DNA of 64,000 nucleotides from Acidimicrobiales bacterium (GCA_030448025.1 JAUJNQ010000001.1:199258-263257), one strand, 5' to 3'; positions 46,161 through 56,223 are shown, counted from the first letter of the stretch. The notes: generated from the letters alone by a model not told the origin. Translations and numbers: made by a program.

Positions 46161-48038
46161 GTGAGGGCGACTACCAGCACTGAAACCCCCGCGCGCCCGG
46201 CAACAGGGGCGCCACGTGCCGGACGCCCCATGAAGGGTACCGAGGCAGGTACCCGAGGTGCTCCCCGGTCGCGGCCACTGGTCTCGCCGTCGTATCGGGC
46301 AAGGACTGCCGGCCCTACGTTTGCCGGCCATCGACGGTCCCGGCCGCTCGTGTCTGCCGCCTATCAGGCCCGCCTGGCCTCGGCCCTCGTCGCCGGTCAA
46401 GGCCCCGCCACCGGCATGGGCGTGACGGCTCCAGCCCGGCCCCCAGCTTCTCGCCCCCTCGCCGAGGAGCGCTGGAAGCGCCGACCGGTACTCGGGCTAC
46501 TCGTACGAGCCCTGGCCCTGGCGGTGCCCCTCGCCGCCTCCGTGCTGACCGCCGTCGCAGTGAGCCGGGCCGTGCAGCGCCCCTCGAGCCTCGCCGGAGC
46601 CGTGGTCTGGTGGCTCATGCTCATCGTCGTGTCCACGCTCGTGCTCGGCGTCGTGGACAGGGCGGCCCGGCGCCTGCTGCCGCTCGCAGCGCTTCTTCGC
46701 CTTTGCATGGCCTTTCCCGATCGCGCTCCGTCTCGCTTCTCCGTCGCCTTCAGGGCGGGTACCACCCGCAAGCTGCGGGAGAAGTTGGAACTGGCCAAAG
46801 CCCAGGGTGTTGCAGACGAACCGGCCAGGGCTGCCGAGCGGATCCTGATCCTGGTGGCGGCCATGAACATCCACCACCGGGGTACCCGGGGACACTCCGA
46901 ACGTGTTCGGGCCTTCAATGAGCTCATTGCCGAGGAGCTCCGCCTGCCGGAGGCTGACCGTGACCGGCTCCGCTGGGCCGCCCTCCTGCACGACGTGGGC
47001 AAGCTCGAGGTCCCGGCCCGGATCCTCGACAAGGCGGGGAAGCCGACCGAAGCCGAGTGGGACACCCTGCGCCGTCATCCCGGGGACGGAGCTCGTATGG
47101 TCGCACCTCTGAACCGCTGGCTGGGGCCTTGGGCGGCAGCCATCGAACAGCACCACGAGCGCTGGGACGGCGCCGGATACCCACTCGGCCTGGCTGGCCA
47201 GGAGATTGGTCTGGCCGCCCGCATCGTCGCCGTCGCCGACGTGTTCGAGGTCATGACCGCTCCTCGCCCCTACAGGCAGCCGGTCAACGCCGAAGCCGCC
47301 CGGGCAGAGCTGGCTCGCTGCGCCGGGAGCCAACTCGACCCCGTCGTCGTCCGAGCCTTCCTCAACGTGTCGTTGGGAAAGCTCCGCATGGCCATAGGAC
47401 CACTCTCTTGGCTGGCCCAGCTGCCGTTCGTTGGCGCCCTGCCCCGTCTCGAGGGAGTGGCCGCCGCCGGGCGCGCCGCGGCAACCGTTGCCGGCACCGC
47501 CACGGGTGTGGGCGCACTTGCCCTCATCGGCGTGGTTGGCCCACCGACTTCCGACGATTCCGTCTCGCTCGACGTCCAGACTGCTCAGAGCACCACCGGC
47601 GAAATGCCTGCTGCCCCGGAGCCATCAGGGGCCCCGAGAACGGCGAGCGCCGGGGCGGGAGGAGCGGGCCCCATTCCCGCCCTCAGGCCCGATGTGACAG
47701 CCGGCGGATCGACCGTGACCGCGCCTCGAGCCGGCTCACAGCCCGGCTCAGCCGGGCCGCCGGCCCGGACAGGCCGCTCCCGCTCCGCACAGCGCGATAC
47801 GGCAGCCCGGCGTGGCCGGCAAGGAACCACGGCCAAGGCCAACCGAAAGGTCAAGGCCAAGGCCGTCGCCAACCGAAAGGCCAAGGCCAGAGCCGCGACC
47901 AGGGCCAGAGCCGCGACCAGGGCCAGAGCCGCGACCAGGTCTGGAGCTGCCGACAAGGCCGAAGCCGAAGCCGCGGACAAGGACAAAGGCAAGGGCAAGA
48001 GCAACAGCGACACGGCGATGGCCGCACCGAGCTCGTGA
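46161..48038 (+). CDS. membrane-associated HD-GYP domain protein (putative c-di-GMP phosphodiesterase) with Lys/Ala-rich C-terminal tail
   Basis: HHRGTRGHSERV...ALLHDVGKLEVP...HHERWDGAGYPLGL (HD...HHExxDGxGYP). The TM region is at about residues 110-170. The true start is possibly the internal ATG near 46415. Confidence 0.8.
   Translation: MRATTSTETPARPATGAPRAGRPMKGTEAGTRGAPRSRPLVSPSYRARTAGPTFAGHRRSRPLVSAAYQARLASALVAGQGPATGMGVTAPARPPASRPLAEERWKRRPVLGLLVRALALAVPLAASVLTAVAVSRAVQRPSSLAGAVVWWLMLIVVSTLVLGVVDRAARRLLPLAALLRLCMAFPDRAPSRFSVAFRAGTTRKLREKLELAKAQGVADEPARAAERILILVAAMNIHHRGTRGHSERVRAFNELIAEELRLPEADRDRLRWAALLHDVGKLEVPARILDKAGKPTEAEWDTLRRHPGDGARMVAPLNRWLGPWAAAIEQHHERWDGAGYPLGLAGQEIGLAARIVAVADVFEVMTAPRPYRQPVNAEAARAELARCAGSQLDPVVVRAFLNVSLGKLRMAIGPLSWLAQLPFVGALPRLEGVAAAGRAAATVAGTATGVGALALIGVVGPPTSDDSVSLDVQTAQSTTGEMPAAPEPSGAPRTASAGAGGAGPIPALRPDVTAGGSTVTAPRAGSQPGSAGPPARTGRSRSAQRDTAARRGRQGTTAKANRKVKAKAVANRKAKARAATRARAATRARAATRSGAADKAEAEAADKDKGKGKSNSDTAMAAPSS
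47885..47938 (+). repeat. 18-bp perfect tandem repeat x3 (GGCCAGAGCCGCGACCAG) inside the HD-GYP tail
   Basis: 47885..47902, 47903..47920 and 47921..47938 are identical and encode (ARAATR)x3. Confidence 0.9.
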
Positions 48039-48126
48039 GCGGCGGCTCGCCTCGGTGCGTCCCCGGGCGCGCACACCGACTTCTCGACGACGCTGCGCGC
48101 GGACCCGAGCCCCGCGCCGCTTGTAG

Positions 48127-49060
48127 GCTGCCAACGCATTTCCCTGGCTCGAGGGCCTGAACCCAGAGCAGCGCCGGGCCGTGCTCCACGACGGCGGTCA
48201 CCTGCTCATCGTCGCCGGTGCGGGAAGCGGCAAGACCAAGACCCTCGCCTGCCGGGGTCGCCCGCCTCCTGGCCGGCGGCGTGCGTCCCGAGCGGATACT
48301 GCTGCTGCCTTCTCGCGCCGGGCGGCGCGAGAGATGCTCATCCGTGCCGGCCAGTTGGCCGAGGTCCAGATGGCCCAAAGACACAGGGCGCCCGCCGGGT
48401 CTGGGGCGGCACGTTCCACGCCGTCGCCAACCGGCTGCTCCATCAGCACGGCGCCGCCGTCGGCGTTCGCCCCGGCTTCACCCTGCTCGACCAGGGCGAC
48501 AACGCTGACCTTCTAGGCCTGTGCGCCACGACCTCGGGCTGGGCGAGCGGGGCCGGCGCTTTGCCAAGAAGGACACCCTGGCCTCGATCAACTCGCGGGT
48601 GGTCAACGCCCAGGAGAAGCTGGTCGACGTCGTCGAGCGGTTCTACCCTTGGCGCCGAGGCGACGTCGAGGACATCAAGGCCGTCTTCGCCGGCTACGTC
48701 GAGCGCAAGCGGGCGCGCAACGTCGTCGACTACGCGACCTGCTGCTCTACTGGCGGGCCCTTGCCCGCCTCGCCCCGGTCCGGCTTGGTGCTGCGGTCGA
48801 GCTTCGAGCACATCCTCGTCGACGAGTTCCAGGACACCAACACCCTCCAGGCGGACATCGTCGCCGCCAGCGGTCCAGGTGGAGCGGCTGGCGGACGCCT
48901 GCGTGCCCCTCTTCACCCGTCGCTACCCGGCTACGGCCTCGGTCCGCTTCGCCGACCTCGAGCACCTGTGTTCGCTGGCCACCGACCATCGAACCCGAAG
49001 CCGCTTCCTCGACGAGCTCACCCTGGACCCGCCAGCGCTACTCACTCGACGACGCCCACA
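48127..49060 (+). pseudogene. UvrD/PcrA-like superfamily-1 helicase relic (no start codon, several frameshifts, large internal deletion)
   Basis: LNPEQRRAVLHDGGHLLIVAGAGSGKTKTLACR / RILLLPSR / GGTFHAVANRLL / FEHILVDEFQDTNTLQADIV / FLDELTLDPP are spread over three frames within less than 1 kb. TAG at 48124 lies upstream, with no start codon before motif I. Confidence 0.75.
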
Positions 49061-49218
49061 CCTACGGCCAGCCCAGCCGCCTTCTCGCGCCCGCCGCGTC
49101 GGCGTTCGACTCCGTCAGCGTCGGCGAGGCCGTGGTCGCCGGCGACCCCGTGGCCGGCGAGCTGGCCGCCCTCTGGCAGCGAGGCCCTCCAGGTCGGCTC
49201 CGACGGGTGGCCGGTCCC

Positions 49219-49677
49219 TCACCGCCGCAGGAACTCGATGAGGAAGGACACCTCCCCTCGCGGCTCGACCTCGTGCTCGACACCGGGCGGGATGGCCTGA
49301 GGGGTGTCGGGCCGCACCACGACGTCGAGGGATGGTCGGGTACGGGCCCGGAACCGGAGCCGGCCCTGCCTGACACGGAGCAGACCCCAGACACCAGCCG
49401 CTACCCGGTGGGAGCGGCGTAGCCCGGCGGGCATCGTCCGTTCGTCCGACACGTCGGTGGTGCGCACCACGCGGAGGCCGTCCGCGAGCTCGGCCCGGTC
49501 GCACAATGGGAAGTCCAGCGCTGAGCCCACCCGCGCCGCCCGGCCGGCGCCGTCCAGCACCCAAGGCGCCAGACGGAAGGGAGGCTGGTGTCGGACGTGC
49601 TGGGCGTGCGGGCAGGAGAGGTCCGCCACCCAGTCGCCGTCGTAGTCCTCGTCGAAGCCGGCGATCGTGCGCTCCAC
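49219..49677 (-). CDS. DUF3565 + DUF1971 (TehB-C-terminal-like) two-domain protein
   Basis: 152 aa. WVADLSCPHAQHVRHQPPF (DUF3565-like) followed by MPAGLRRSHRVAAGVWGLLRVRQGRLRF (DUF1971-like). Confidence 0.55.
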   Translation of the reverse strand: MERTIAGFDEDYDGDWVADLSCPHAQHVRHQPPFRLAPWVLDGAGRAARVGSALDFPLCDRAELADGLRVVRTTDVSDERTMPAGLRRSHRVAAGVWGLLRVRQGRLRFRARTRPSLDVVVRPDTPQAIPPGVEHEVEPRGEVSFLIEFLRR

Positions 49678-49691
49678 CCGCCTACCCGTGA

Positions 49692-50105
49692 TCAGTCATC
49701 GCCGGCCCCTCCACCCCGGAGGCGCTTTACGTCGCCCCGCTTGCGCTTGGCCGAGAGGCGCCGCTCCCGAGACCCTTTGGTCGGGGCCGTCGGACGGCGA
49801 TGGCGGCGCACCTGAAGCGCCTCCGCCAGCCTGGTCCCGAGGCGCTCCAGCGCCAGCTGGCGGTTGCGGGCCTGCGACCGCTCGTCCGAGACGACCACCC
49901 GCACCAGGGGGCCGGTCCGATCCAGGAGGCGCGCTCGCTGATGGGCAGACAGCGAGGGGGAGGAGTCGACGGCGAAGCGAACCTCGACGCGGGTGTTGGC
50001 CGTGTTGGCGTGCTGGCCGCCGGGGCCCCCGGCACCGGAGAACCTCCACTCCAGCTCGCTGAGCGGGATGGTGAGGGAGCGGTTGACGCGCAGCTCGTCA
50101 CCCAT
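49692..50105 (-). CDS. arfB: alternative ribosome-rescue factor ArfB (peptidyl-tRNA hydrolase, GGQ)
   Basis: ATG at 50105. IPLSELEWRFSGAGGPGGQHANTANTRVEVRF...DERSQARNRQLALERL, then a basic tail. Confidence 0.88.
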   Translation of the reverse strand: MGDELRVNRSLTIPLSELEWRFSGAGGPGGQHANTANTRVEVRFAVDSSPSLSAHQRARLLDRTGPLVRVVVSDERSQARNRQLALERLGTRLAEALQVRRHRRPTAPTKGSRERRLSAKRKRGDVKRLRGGGAGDD

Positions 50106-50490
50106 TCTGGAGAAGGGCTTGCATGTCCGCCAGCGCGAAGAAGGTGGCGACGTCGATCGCCGACGGCGACCCCAGCGCAGGATCGGCACCGTGCTCGAGG
50201 AGAGCGCGGACCGAGACCGACGACCGCCGGAAAACGGCGGCGCCCAGGGCGGTCTGACCCCGGTCGTTCACCCTTGTCGTGTCCGCTCCCCGTTCGAGGA
50301 GCAGGCGAACGGTGTTGGGATGGTCGTGATAGGCGGCCAGGATGAGGAGGGTCTCGCCCTTGTCGTTGGTGAGGTTGGGAGGAAGCCCCGCATCGATCAG
50401 CGAGGCCAGCTCCTCACCGGCGCCCACCCTGGCCAGGTCGAACGTGCGGTGGGCAAACGCCAGCGTCTCCTCGTCGAGTTGCTCGGCCAC
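50098..50490 (-). CDS. ankyrin-repeat protein
   Basis: 130 aa. KGETLLILAAYHDHPNTVRLLLERGADTTRVNDRGQTALGAAVF...ALLEHGADP. 8-nt overlap with the arfB start. Confidence 0.8.
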   Translation of the reverse strand: MAEQLDEETLAFAHRTFDLARVGAGEELASLIDAGLPPNLTNDKGETLLILAAYHDHPNTVRLLLERGADTTRVNDRGQTALGAAVFRRSSVSVRALLEHGADPALGSPSAIDVATFFALADMQALLQNG

Positions 50491-50528
50491 ACAAGAAGCC
50501 TACGGCGACCCCTCCCGCCCGCCGGTAA

Positions 50529-51230
50529 ATGGGCGACAATGTCGCCGTGGGCGACGGTCCGGAGCCGCGGCAGGTCGCCGAGCTGTACTTCGAGGTCTGG
50601 GAGGGCCAGGGCGACGTCGATGACGACGTGTCGCTCCGGGTGCTGGGCGAGGCCGTCGAGGCCATCGAGGCCCAGGGTGTCTCCTACGTTCTCATGGGAG
50701 GGATGGTCTCCCGGGCCGCGGGGCGGCCCCGGGACACCCATGACATCGACTTCTTCGTCGGCCCGACGAGGCCGGTGCGGCGTTGGAAGGCCTGAAGTCA
50801 GCCGACTTCGACACCCGTGAGACCGAGCCGCAGTGGCTGTACAAGGCGGTCAAGTAGGGCGTGCTCGTGGACGTGCTGTTCCGGGCCACGGGCGACGTCC
50901 CTGCTCGACGACGAGATGATCGAGCGGGCCAAGCGCCGCCACTTCGGTGGTCACGAGATCCCGGCCATGTCGGTCGAGGACCTCGTCATCATCAAGGTCA
51001 TCATCAAGGCCTTGTCTCACCAGGAGCACACCGCCCGGCATTGGTTCGACGCCCTGGCCCTGCTCTTCAACCAGGAGGTCGACTGGGACTACCTGGTGCG
51101 CCGGGCCCGGCGGCGTGGCGCCCGGCGGGTGCTCAGCCTGCTGCTGTACGGCCAGTCGATCGACGTCTTGGTGCCCGACCGGGCCGTTCACGACCTCTAC
51201 GACCTCATCTACAAGCCGACAAGGGCTGAC
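50529..51230 (+). pseudogene. nucleotidyltransferase-fold protein, multiple frameshifts and an in-frame stop
   Basis: GVSYVLMGGMVSRAAGRPRDTHDIDFFV (frame 0), EPQWLYKAVK*GVLVDVLFRATGDV, then LLDDEMIERAKRRHFGGHEIPAMSVEDLVIIKV...DWDYLVRRARRRGA in other frames. Confidence 0.6.
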
Positions 51231-51243
51231 CCGGCGACCGGCG

Positions 51244-51520
51244 TTACCCCAACGGCTCACACGCGGGCGGCTCATCGCCACCTCCGAGGCAGTACAGGTT
51301 GTAGGCGTCAGCGATCACGGGCTGGGCCACCTTGCGAACGGGCACACCGCCGGCGGTGGTTCCCTTCTCACTGCCCCCGTGGGCATGACCGTGCAGCACC
51401 AGGTCGGCACCCACCGAGTCGACGGCTTCGGCCAGCAGGTAGCTGCCGAGGAAGGGGTAGATCTCCAGGCCCTCGCCCACCAGCGTGTCCTCGAGGCAGT
51501 GCCCACTCCTTCTGGCGACG
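51244..51520 (-). pseudogene. metallophosphoesterase C-terminal fragment
   Basis: LGSYLLAEAVDSVGADLVLHGHAHGGSEKG...VRKVAQPVI. The N-terminal metal-binding motifs are absent, and the fragment is cut by the pirin gene end. Confidence 0.55.
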
Positions 51521-51567
51521 GTTTCCGTCGGATACGGCGGGAAATCGTCGCCAGAACGTGACGGCGC

Positions 51568-52536
51568 TCAGCCGGCCGTGACCCGTGAGGCCGGTACCCT
51601 TCCCAGCCGACCTGCCTGGTAGTCCTGCATGGCCTGCAGGACCTCGGCCTTGGTGTTCATCACGAACGGGCCGTAGGCGACCACGGGCTCACCGATGGGA
51701 CGGCCCCCGAGCACGAGCACGTCGAGGTTGGCGGCTCGGCTCTCCTGCGTGGGGTCGGCGGCGAGGGTGATGAAATCTCCGTTTGCCAGGACGGCGAGCT
51801 GGCCCATCCGCAACGGGCGACCCTCGGATCCGACGCTCCCCTTGCCGGCGAGGGCGTAGACGAGGGCGTTGAAGTCGGCCCGCCACGGCAGCGCGAGCTG
51901 GGCGCCCGGGCTGAGGGTGGCGTGGGCGAGGGCGATTGGCGTGTGGGTGCTGCCCGGGCCTTGGTGGCCGGCCACGTCGCCGGCGATCACCCGCACGACG
52001 GCACCACCGTCGGGCGAGGACAACAGCGTGACCCCCTCGGCGCCGATGTCCTGGTAGGCGGGCGCCGCCCACTTCTGGTCCTTGGGGAGGTTCACCCACA
52101 GCTGGACCCCGTGGAAGAGACCGCCACTGGCCACCAGCGCCTCGGGCGGACGCTCGACATGCAGGATCCCGGCGCCGGCGGTCATCCACTGGGTGTCGCC
52201 ATTGGTGATCAGACCGCCGCCACCGGTGGAGTCCTCGTGCTGGAACGTGCCGTCGATCATGTAGGTGACGGTCTCGAAGCCCCGGTGCGGATGCCAGGCG
52301 GTTCCCCGCGGCTCGCCCGGCGCATACTCCACCTCGCCCATCTGGTCCATGTGGATGAAGGGATCCAGGGCGGACATGTCGATGCCCGCGAACGCCCGGC
52401 GCACCGGGAAACCCTCACCCTCGAAGCCGCTCGGCGCGGTGGTGACGGTCGCCACCCTGCGCTCGGACGTCGCCGTCGGGTCGGGCGGCGAGATGCGGGG
52501 GAGTGAGAGCGGGTTGTCAACGGTCACGGCGGGCAT
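51568..52536 (-). CDS. pirin-family bicupin protein
   Basis: 322 aa. GFPVRRAF...PHRGFETVTYMIDGTFQHEDSTGGGG...DTQWMTAGAGILHVE...GPFVMNT. Confidence 0.9.
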   Translation of the reverse strand: MPAVTVDNPLSLPRISPPDPTATSERRVATVTTAPSGFEGEGFPVRRAFAGIDMSALDPFIHMDQMGEVEYAPGEPRGTAWHPHRGFETVTYMIDGTFQHEDSTGGGGLITNGDTQWMTAGAGILHVERPPEALVASGGLFHGVQLWVNLPKDQKWAAPAYQDIGAEGVTLLSSPDGGAVVRVIAGDVAGHQGPGSTHTPIALAHATLSPGAQLALPWRADFNALVYALAGKGSVGSEGRPLRMGQLAVLANGDFITLAADPTQESRAANLDVLVLGGRPIGEPVVAYGPFVMNTKAEVLQAMQDYQAGRLGRVPASRVTAG

Positions 52537-52656
52537 GAGGCTTCCTCCCTGGTAGTTGCAGCTACAACGACCAACGCCACGTCCATGTTCCCGGCGGCTC
52601 CACTCGGTTCTCGGTGCAGCTGCCTCCGCAAACCGGAGGCAGCTGCACCGAGACCC

Positions 52657-53180
52657 TCAGGCGGAGGTCGGTGTCGGTGAGGAGACGCCGACCCCGCCCC
52701 GGGTTCGAGCCCCGTAGCGGGCCTTCTCCCCGGCGATGTCGAGCCGGCCGATCCGCTCCTTGGCCGCGACGGCGGCGTCGTCGATCAGGTCCGCGGGGAC
52801 CAGCCACGACACCTCGAACTCGATGCCGTCGGGGTCGCGGCCGTAGAGCGCCTTGGTCGTGCCGTGGTCGGAGGCGCCCACCAGCGCGCCTGCCCCGGAC
52901 AGGGCGTCGCCAATGTGCTCCAAGTCCTCCAGGGTCTCGACCTCCCAGGCCAAGTGGTAGAGCCCCACGGTGCGCCGTCCCGCCTGCGACGCCTCGGCTC
53001 GGTCGCCGATGGAGAACAGACCGAGGTCGTGATCGTTGTCGGAGCCGGGTGCCTGCATGAACACCGCGCCGGAAGCTCGATGGGGAGGCGACGGAACCCG
53101 AGCACGTCGGTGTAGAAGCCGGCGCTGCGCTCGGCGTCTCGGACGTAGAGCACGGCATGGTTCAAGCGGGTGATGGCCAT
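52657..53180 (-). pseudogene. VOC/glyoxalase-family (extradiol-dioxygenase-like) protein, one frameshift
   Basis: MAITRLNHAVLYVRDAERSAGFYTDVLGF in frame 52785..53192, and AVFMQAPGSDNDHDLGLFSIG...GLYHLAWEVETLEDL...DHGTTKALYGRDPDGIEFEV in frame 52657..54138. The shift is near 53090. Confidence 0.7.
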
Positions 53181-53237
53181 TGAGCCCGCCAACGGGGTAG
53201 CCGGCTCCTGTATTCCATGAGCATTCAGTGGCAGCGG

Positions 53238-54620
53238 TCAGCCAATCTGAGCGGCCAGCTCGCGCAGGGGCGGCTCGTAGACCTCGCTGAAGGTGGGGAA
53301 TGGGTGCACGACGTCGATGAGCACGGCGAGCTGGATCTCGGCCCTGATGGCCAGCACCGCCTCGCCGATCCACTCGTCGGCGGCACCACCCATGGCCGAG
53401 GCGCCGATCAGCACACCACGGCTCCGGTCGGCCACGAGGACCAGCCTTCCCCGGGGCTCCCCCTCGGTGGCAGATCGGGCGGTCTGACCCAGCTCCAGGG
53501 TGGCGGTGATGGCGTCGATGCCCTCTTCCTCCGCCCGGCTCAGGCTCATGCCCACCGAGGCCAGCGGGGGGTCGGTGAAGATGGTGCGGGGAATGGCCCG
53601 GTAGTCGGCGGCGGTGGGCCGGGACAGGAGGTTGGCGGCGATGACCCGGGCCTGGTAGTTGGCGGCATGGGTGAAGGGCGCCACCCCGGTCACGTCGCCG
53701 GCGGCCCACACGTGGTCCTGGCCCAACACCCGGCCGCGCTCGTCGGTCTCCAGCCCCAACTTGGCGGGCTCGATGCCGAGGACCTCGAGGCCGATGTCCT
53801 CGGTGTTGGGCGAGCGCCCCACGGACAGCACGATCCGCTCGGCTTCCACCACCGAACCGTCGTCCAGGTGAAGGCGAGCTCCTCCCTCGACCGCCTTGGC
53901 CTGCTTGGCCTTCGACCCGACACGCACGTCCACCCCGTCCTCTCGGAGCACTGCGGCCATGTCTTCCGACACGCTGGGCTCTTCCTTGACCACCAGCCGT
54001 TCGGCCGCTTCCACGAGCGTCACCTGCACGCCGAAGCGGGCATGGGCCTGGGCCAGCTCGCAGCCGACGGGACCGCCACCGAGGATCACCAGCGACCTCG
54101 GTCGCTCGTCGGTGGTGAGCACCTGGTCGCTGGTCCACGTGGGGACGTCCTCGATGCCGTCGATCGGCGGCCGAATTGCCGAGCTCCCGGTGGCGATGAC
54201 GAGATCGGTGTAGCCGTACTCCTCCTCGCCCACACGCACCACGCCCGGCTTCGTCACCCGGCCCCGTCCTCGCACCAGCGTGACGCCGGCGTCCTCGACG
54301 CCCTTGGCCGATCCGCTGTCGTCCAGCCCGCCGATGACCTTGTCCCGCCGGGCCACGGCGGCGTCGAAGGCAGTGTCGTCATCGTCGAGCTCGGGATCGG
54401 CCGAGGCCGCGCCGAGCTCGGTGGCCCTGGTCATCACCTTGCGCACCTCGGCCGAGCGAAGCAGCGACTTGGCGGGCATGCACGCCACGAAAGGGCACTC
54501 GCCCCCCACCCGATGGGCCTCGATCAGGACCACGGACCGACCCTCCTCGGCCAGGTTGGAGGCGACCGACTCCCCAGCGGTGCCCGCACCGAGCACGATC
54601 ACGTCGAAGTCCTTGGCCAT
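53238..54620 (-). CDS. class-I pyridine-nucleotide disulfide oxidoreductase (Lpd/mycothione-reductase family)
   Basis: ATG at 54620. FDVIVLGAGTAGESVA (FAD), GGECPFVACMPAK (CxxxxC), LVILGGGPVGCELA (NAD), HPFPTFSE dimerisation motif. Confidence 0.85.
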   Translation of the reverse strand: MAKDFDVIVLGAGTAGESVASNLAEEGRSVVLIEAHRVGGECPFVACMPAKSLLRSAEVRKVMTRATELGAASADPELDDDDTAFDAAVARRDKVIGGLDDSGSAKGVEDAGVTLVRGRGRVTKPGVVRVGEEEYGYTDLVIATGSSAIRPPIDGIEDVPTWTSDQVLTTDERPRSLVILGGGPVGCELAQAHARFGVQVTLVEAAERLVVKEEPSVSEDMAAVLREDGVDVRVGSKAKQAKAVEGGARLHLDDGSVVEAERIVLSVGRSPNTEDIGLEVLGIEPAKLGLETDERGRVLGQDHVWAAGDVTGVAPFTHAANYQARVIAANLLSRPTAADYRAIPRTIFTDPPLASVGMSLSRAEEEGIDAITATLELGQTARSATEGEPRGRLVLVADRSRGVLIGASAMGGAADEWIGEAVLAIRAEIQLAVLIDVVHPFPTFSEVYEPPLRELAAQIG

Positions 54621-54759
54621 GAGCTCCCTCTTCCCGTCGAGCACGATCCGTCTCGATGATGATGCCCTGTTCGCCGAACGGGAGCGGAGGCGCTCTTAAG
54701 GTTGGATTACGGCTCGGTCCTCGCCGGCGGCCCGAACGGCCGCAGCGACCGTTCTGGTT

Positions 54760-55281
54760 ATGGTCGCGAGCGTGTCCTCATCTGCACTGCCCACGGTTCG
54801 CTCCTCCCTTTCGGGCCTGGTCCTGCTGGCCGGGGCGGGCGCCTATGCCCTGGCGGAGGGCGCCCTCGGGGTCACCTTCAACGCCACGCCGCTGATAATC
54901 GGCCTGGTTGCGCTCGTGGCCGGCCTGGTGGGCCCTCGACGCCACCTCGTCCCGGTTGGACTGGCGCTGGCCGGCTGGGGAGTGGGTGTCCTTCTGGCCG
55001 GCGAGGTCGATGGGCTGGGGGATCGCACCACCGCCCTCCACGTGGTCGGCTTCGGCGCCGGGCTCGTCCTGGTCCGCCTCATCGCTCCGGCGGACCAGCA
55101 AGGGTCGTGGCTCGCCTCAGGCTCCCTCGCCGTCCTCGTCTCGGGGCTCTCGTTCCTCTTGGCCTTCGACATGGACCAGCTCGGCAGGTGGCAGGGCTGG
55201 ACCGTGGCCTTGGTGTTGTGGGGCCTCTGGGAGTTGCGGCCCTCAGGGGAACGGGTGGACACCAACCTCACCCGTCCTTGA
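54760..55281 (+). CDS. hypothetical integral membrane protein
   Basis: 173 aa, about 5 hydrophobic segments. Its stop overlaps the TTG start of the next gene. Confidence 0.45.
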   Translation: MVASVSSSALPTVRSSLSGLVLLAGAGAYALAEGALGVTFNATPLIIGLVALVAGLVGPRRHLVPVGLALAGWGVGVLLAGEVDGLGDRTTALHVVGFGAGLVLVRLIAPADQQGSWLASGSLAVLVSGLSFLLAFDMDQLGRWQGWTVALVLWGLWELRPSGERVDTNLTRP

Positions 55282-56213
55282 GCCGGCTACTGGCCCTCGC
55301 CGCCACCGCCCTGGCGGCCGTGCTGCTGGCGGCGGTGCTGCTGGCGGCCTGCTCCAGCGCCACGGCGCCCGGATCGTTGGACGGCCGCTTCCGCTCGGGG
55401 ACCGAGTTGGTCAACGGCACCCGGCTGCACTACGTGATGGGCGGGCAGGGGACTCCCGTCGTGCTCCTGCACGGCTTTCCCGAGACGTGGATGGCGTGGC
55501 GCAAGGTCATGACCACCCTCGCCGACGACCACACCGTCGTGGCCGTCGACCTGAGGGGCGCCGGCGAGTCCGCCCTGGAGACGAGCGGCTACGACAAGGA
55601 GACCCTCGCCGCCGACGTGCACCAGCTGGTGGAGCGCCTCGACCTGCGTGAGGTGTCGCTGGTGGGGGAGGACTTCGGCGGCCAGGTGGCGTACGCCTAC
55701 GCCCGCATGTACCGGGACCAGGTGCGTCGCCTGGCGGTCGTGGAGGCCGGCGTGCCCGGCTTCGGGCTCGAGTCACTCTTCCAAGGCTCTTACCACTACC
55801 GCTTCCACATGGTCCCCGAGCTGCCCGAGCGGCTGATCCGCGGGCGGGAGCGCTATTACGTCACCCGGTTCATGTGTGGCGAGGAGCTGGACTGCCAGAA
55901 GGCCTCGATCGACGAGGCGTTGGTTGACGAGTACGTGCGGGCCTACTCCCGGCCCGGACGCCTCACTGCGGGCCTCGAGCTCTACCGGGCTCTCCCCCTG
56001 GACGCCGAGGCCAACCGGGCCCGGGCCGCGCCCAAGATCACGATGCCCGTGCTGGCGCTCGGCGGCGAGCGGGGGATCGGCACGATCCCACTGGAGCAGT
56101 TCAGCCAGGTGGCCGAGGACGTGACCGGAGGCGTGGTGCCCGGCGCCGACCACTGGGTGGCCGAGCAACGCCCGCGGGAACTGATGGCCCGGCTGGCGCC
56201 CTTCCTGCGCTGA
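55278..56213 (+). CDS. alpha/beta hydrolase (epoxide-hydrolase/haloalkane-dehalogenase-like), probable lipoprotein
   Basis: TTG at 55278. Lipobox LLAAC|SS. VVLLHGFPETWMAWRKV (HGxP), SLVGEDFGG (nucleophile elbow with Asp), C-terminal GADHWVAEQRP. The listed 503-aa ORF over-extends. Confidence 0.8.
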   Translation: MSRLLALAATALAAVLLAAVLLAACSSATAPGSLDGRFRSGTELVNGTRLHYVMGGQGTPVVLLHGFPETWMAWRKVMTTLADDHTVVAVDLRGAGESALETSGYDKETLAADVHQLVERLDLREVSLVGEDFGGQVAYAYARMYRDQVRRLAVVEAGVPGFGLESLFQGSYHYRFHMVPELPERLIRGRERYYVTRFMCGEELDCQKASIDEALVDEYVRAYSRPGRLTAGLELYRALPLDAEANRARAAPKITMPVLALGGERGIGTIPLEQFSQVAEDVTGGVVPGADHWVAEQRPRELMARLAPFLR

Positions 56214-56223
56214 GGCCACCTCC

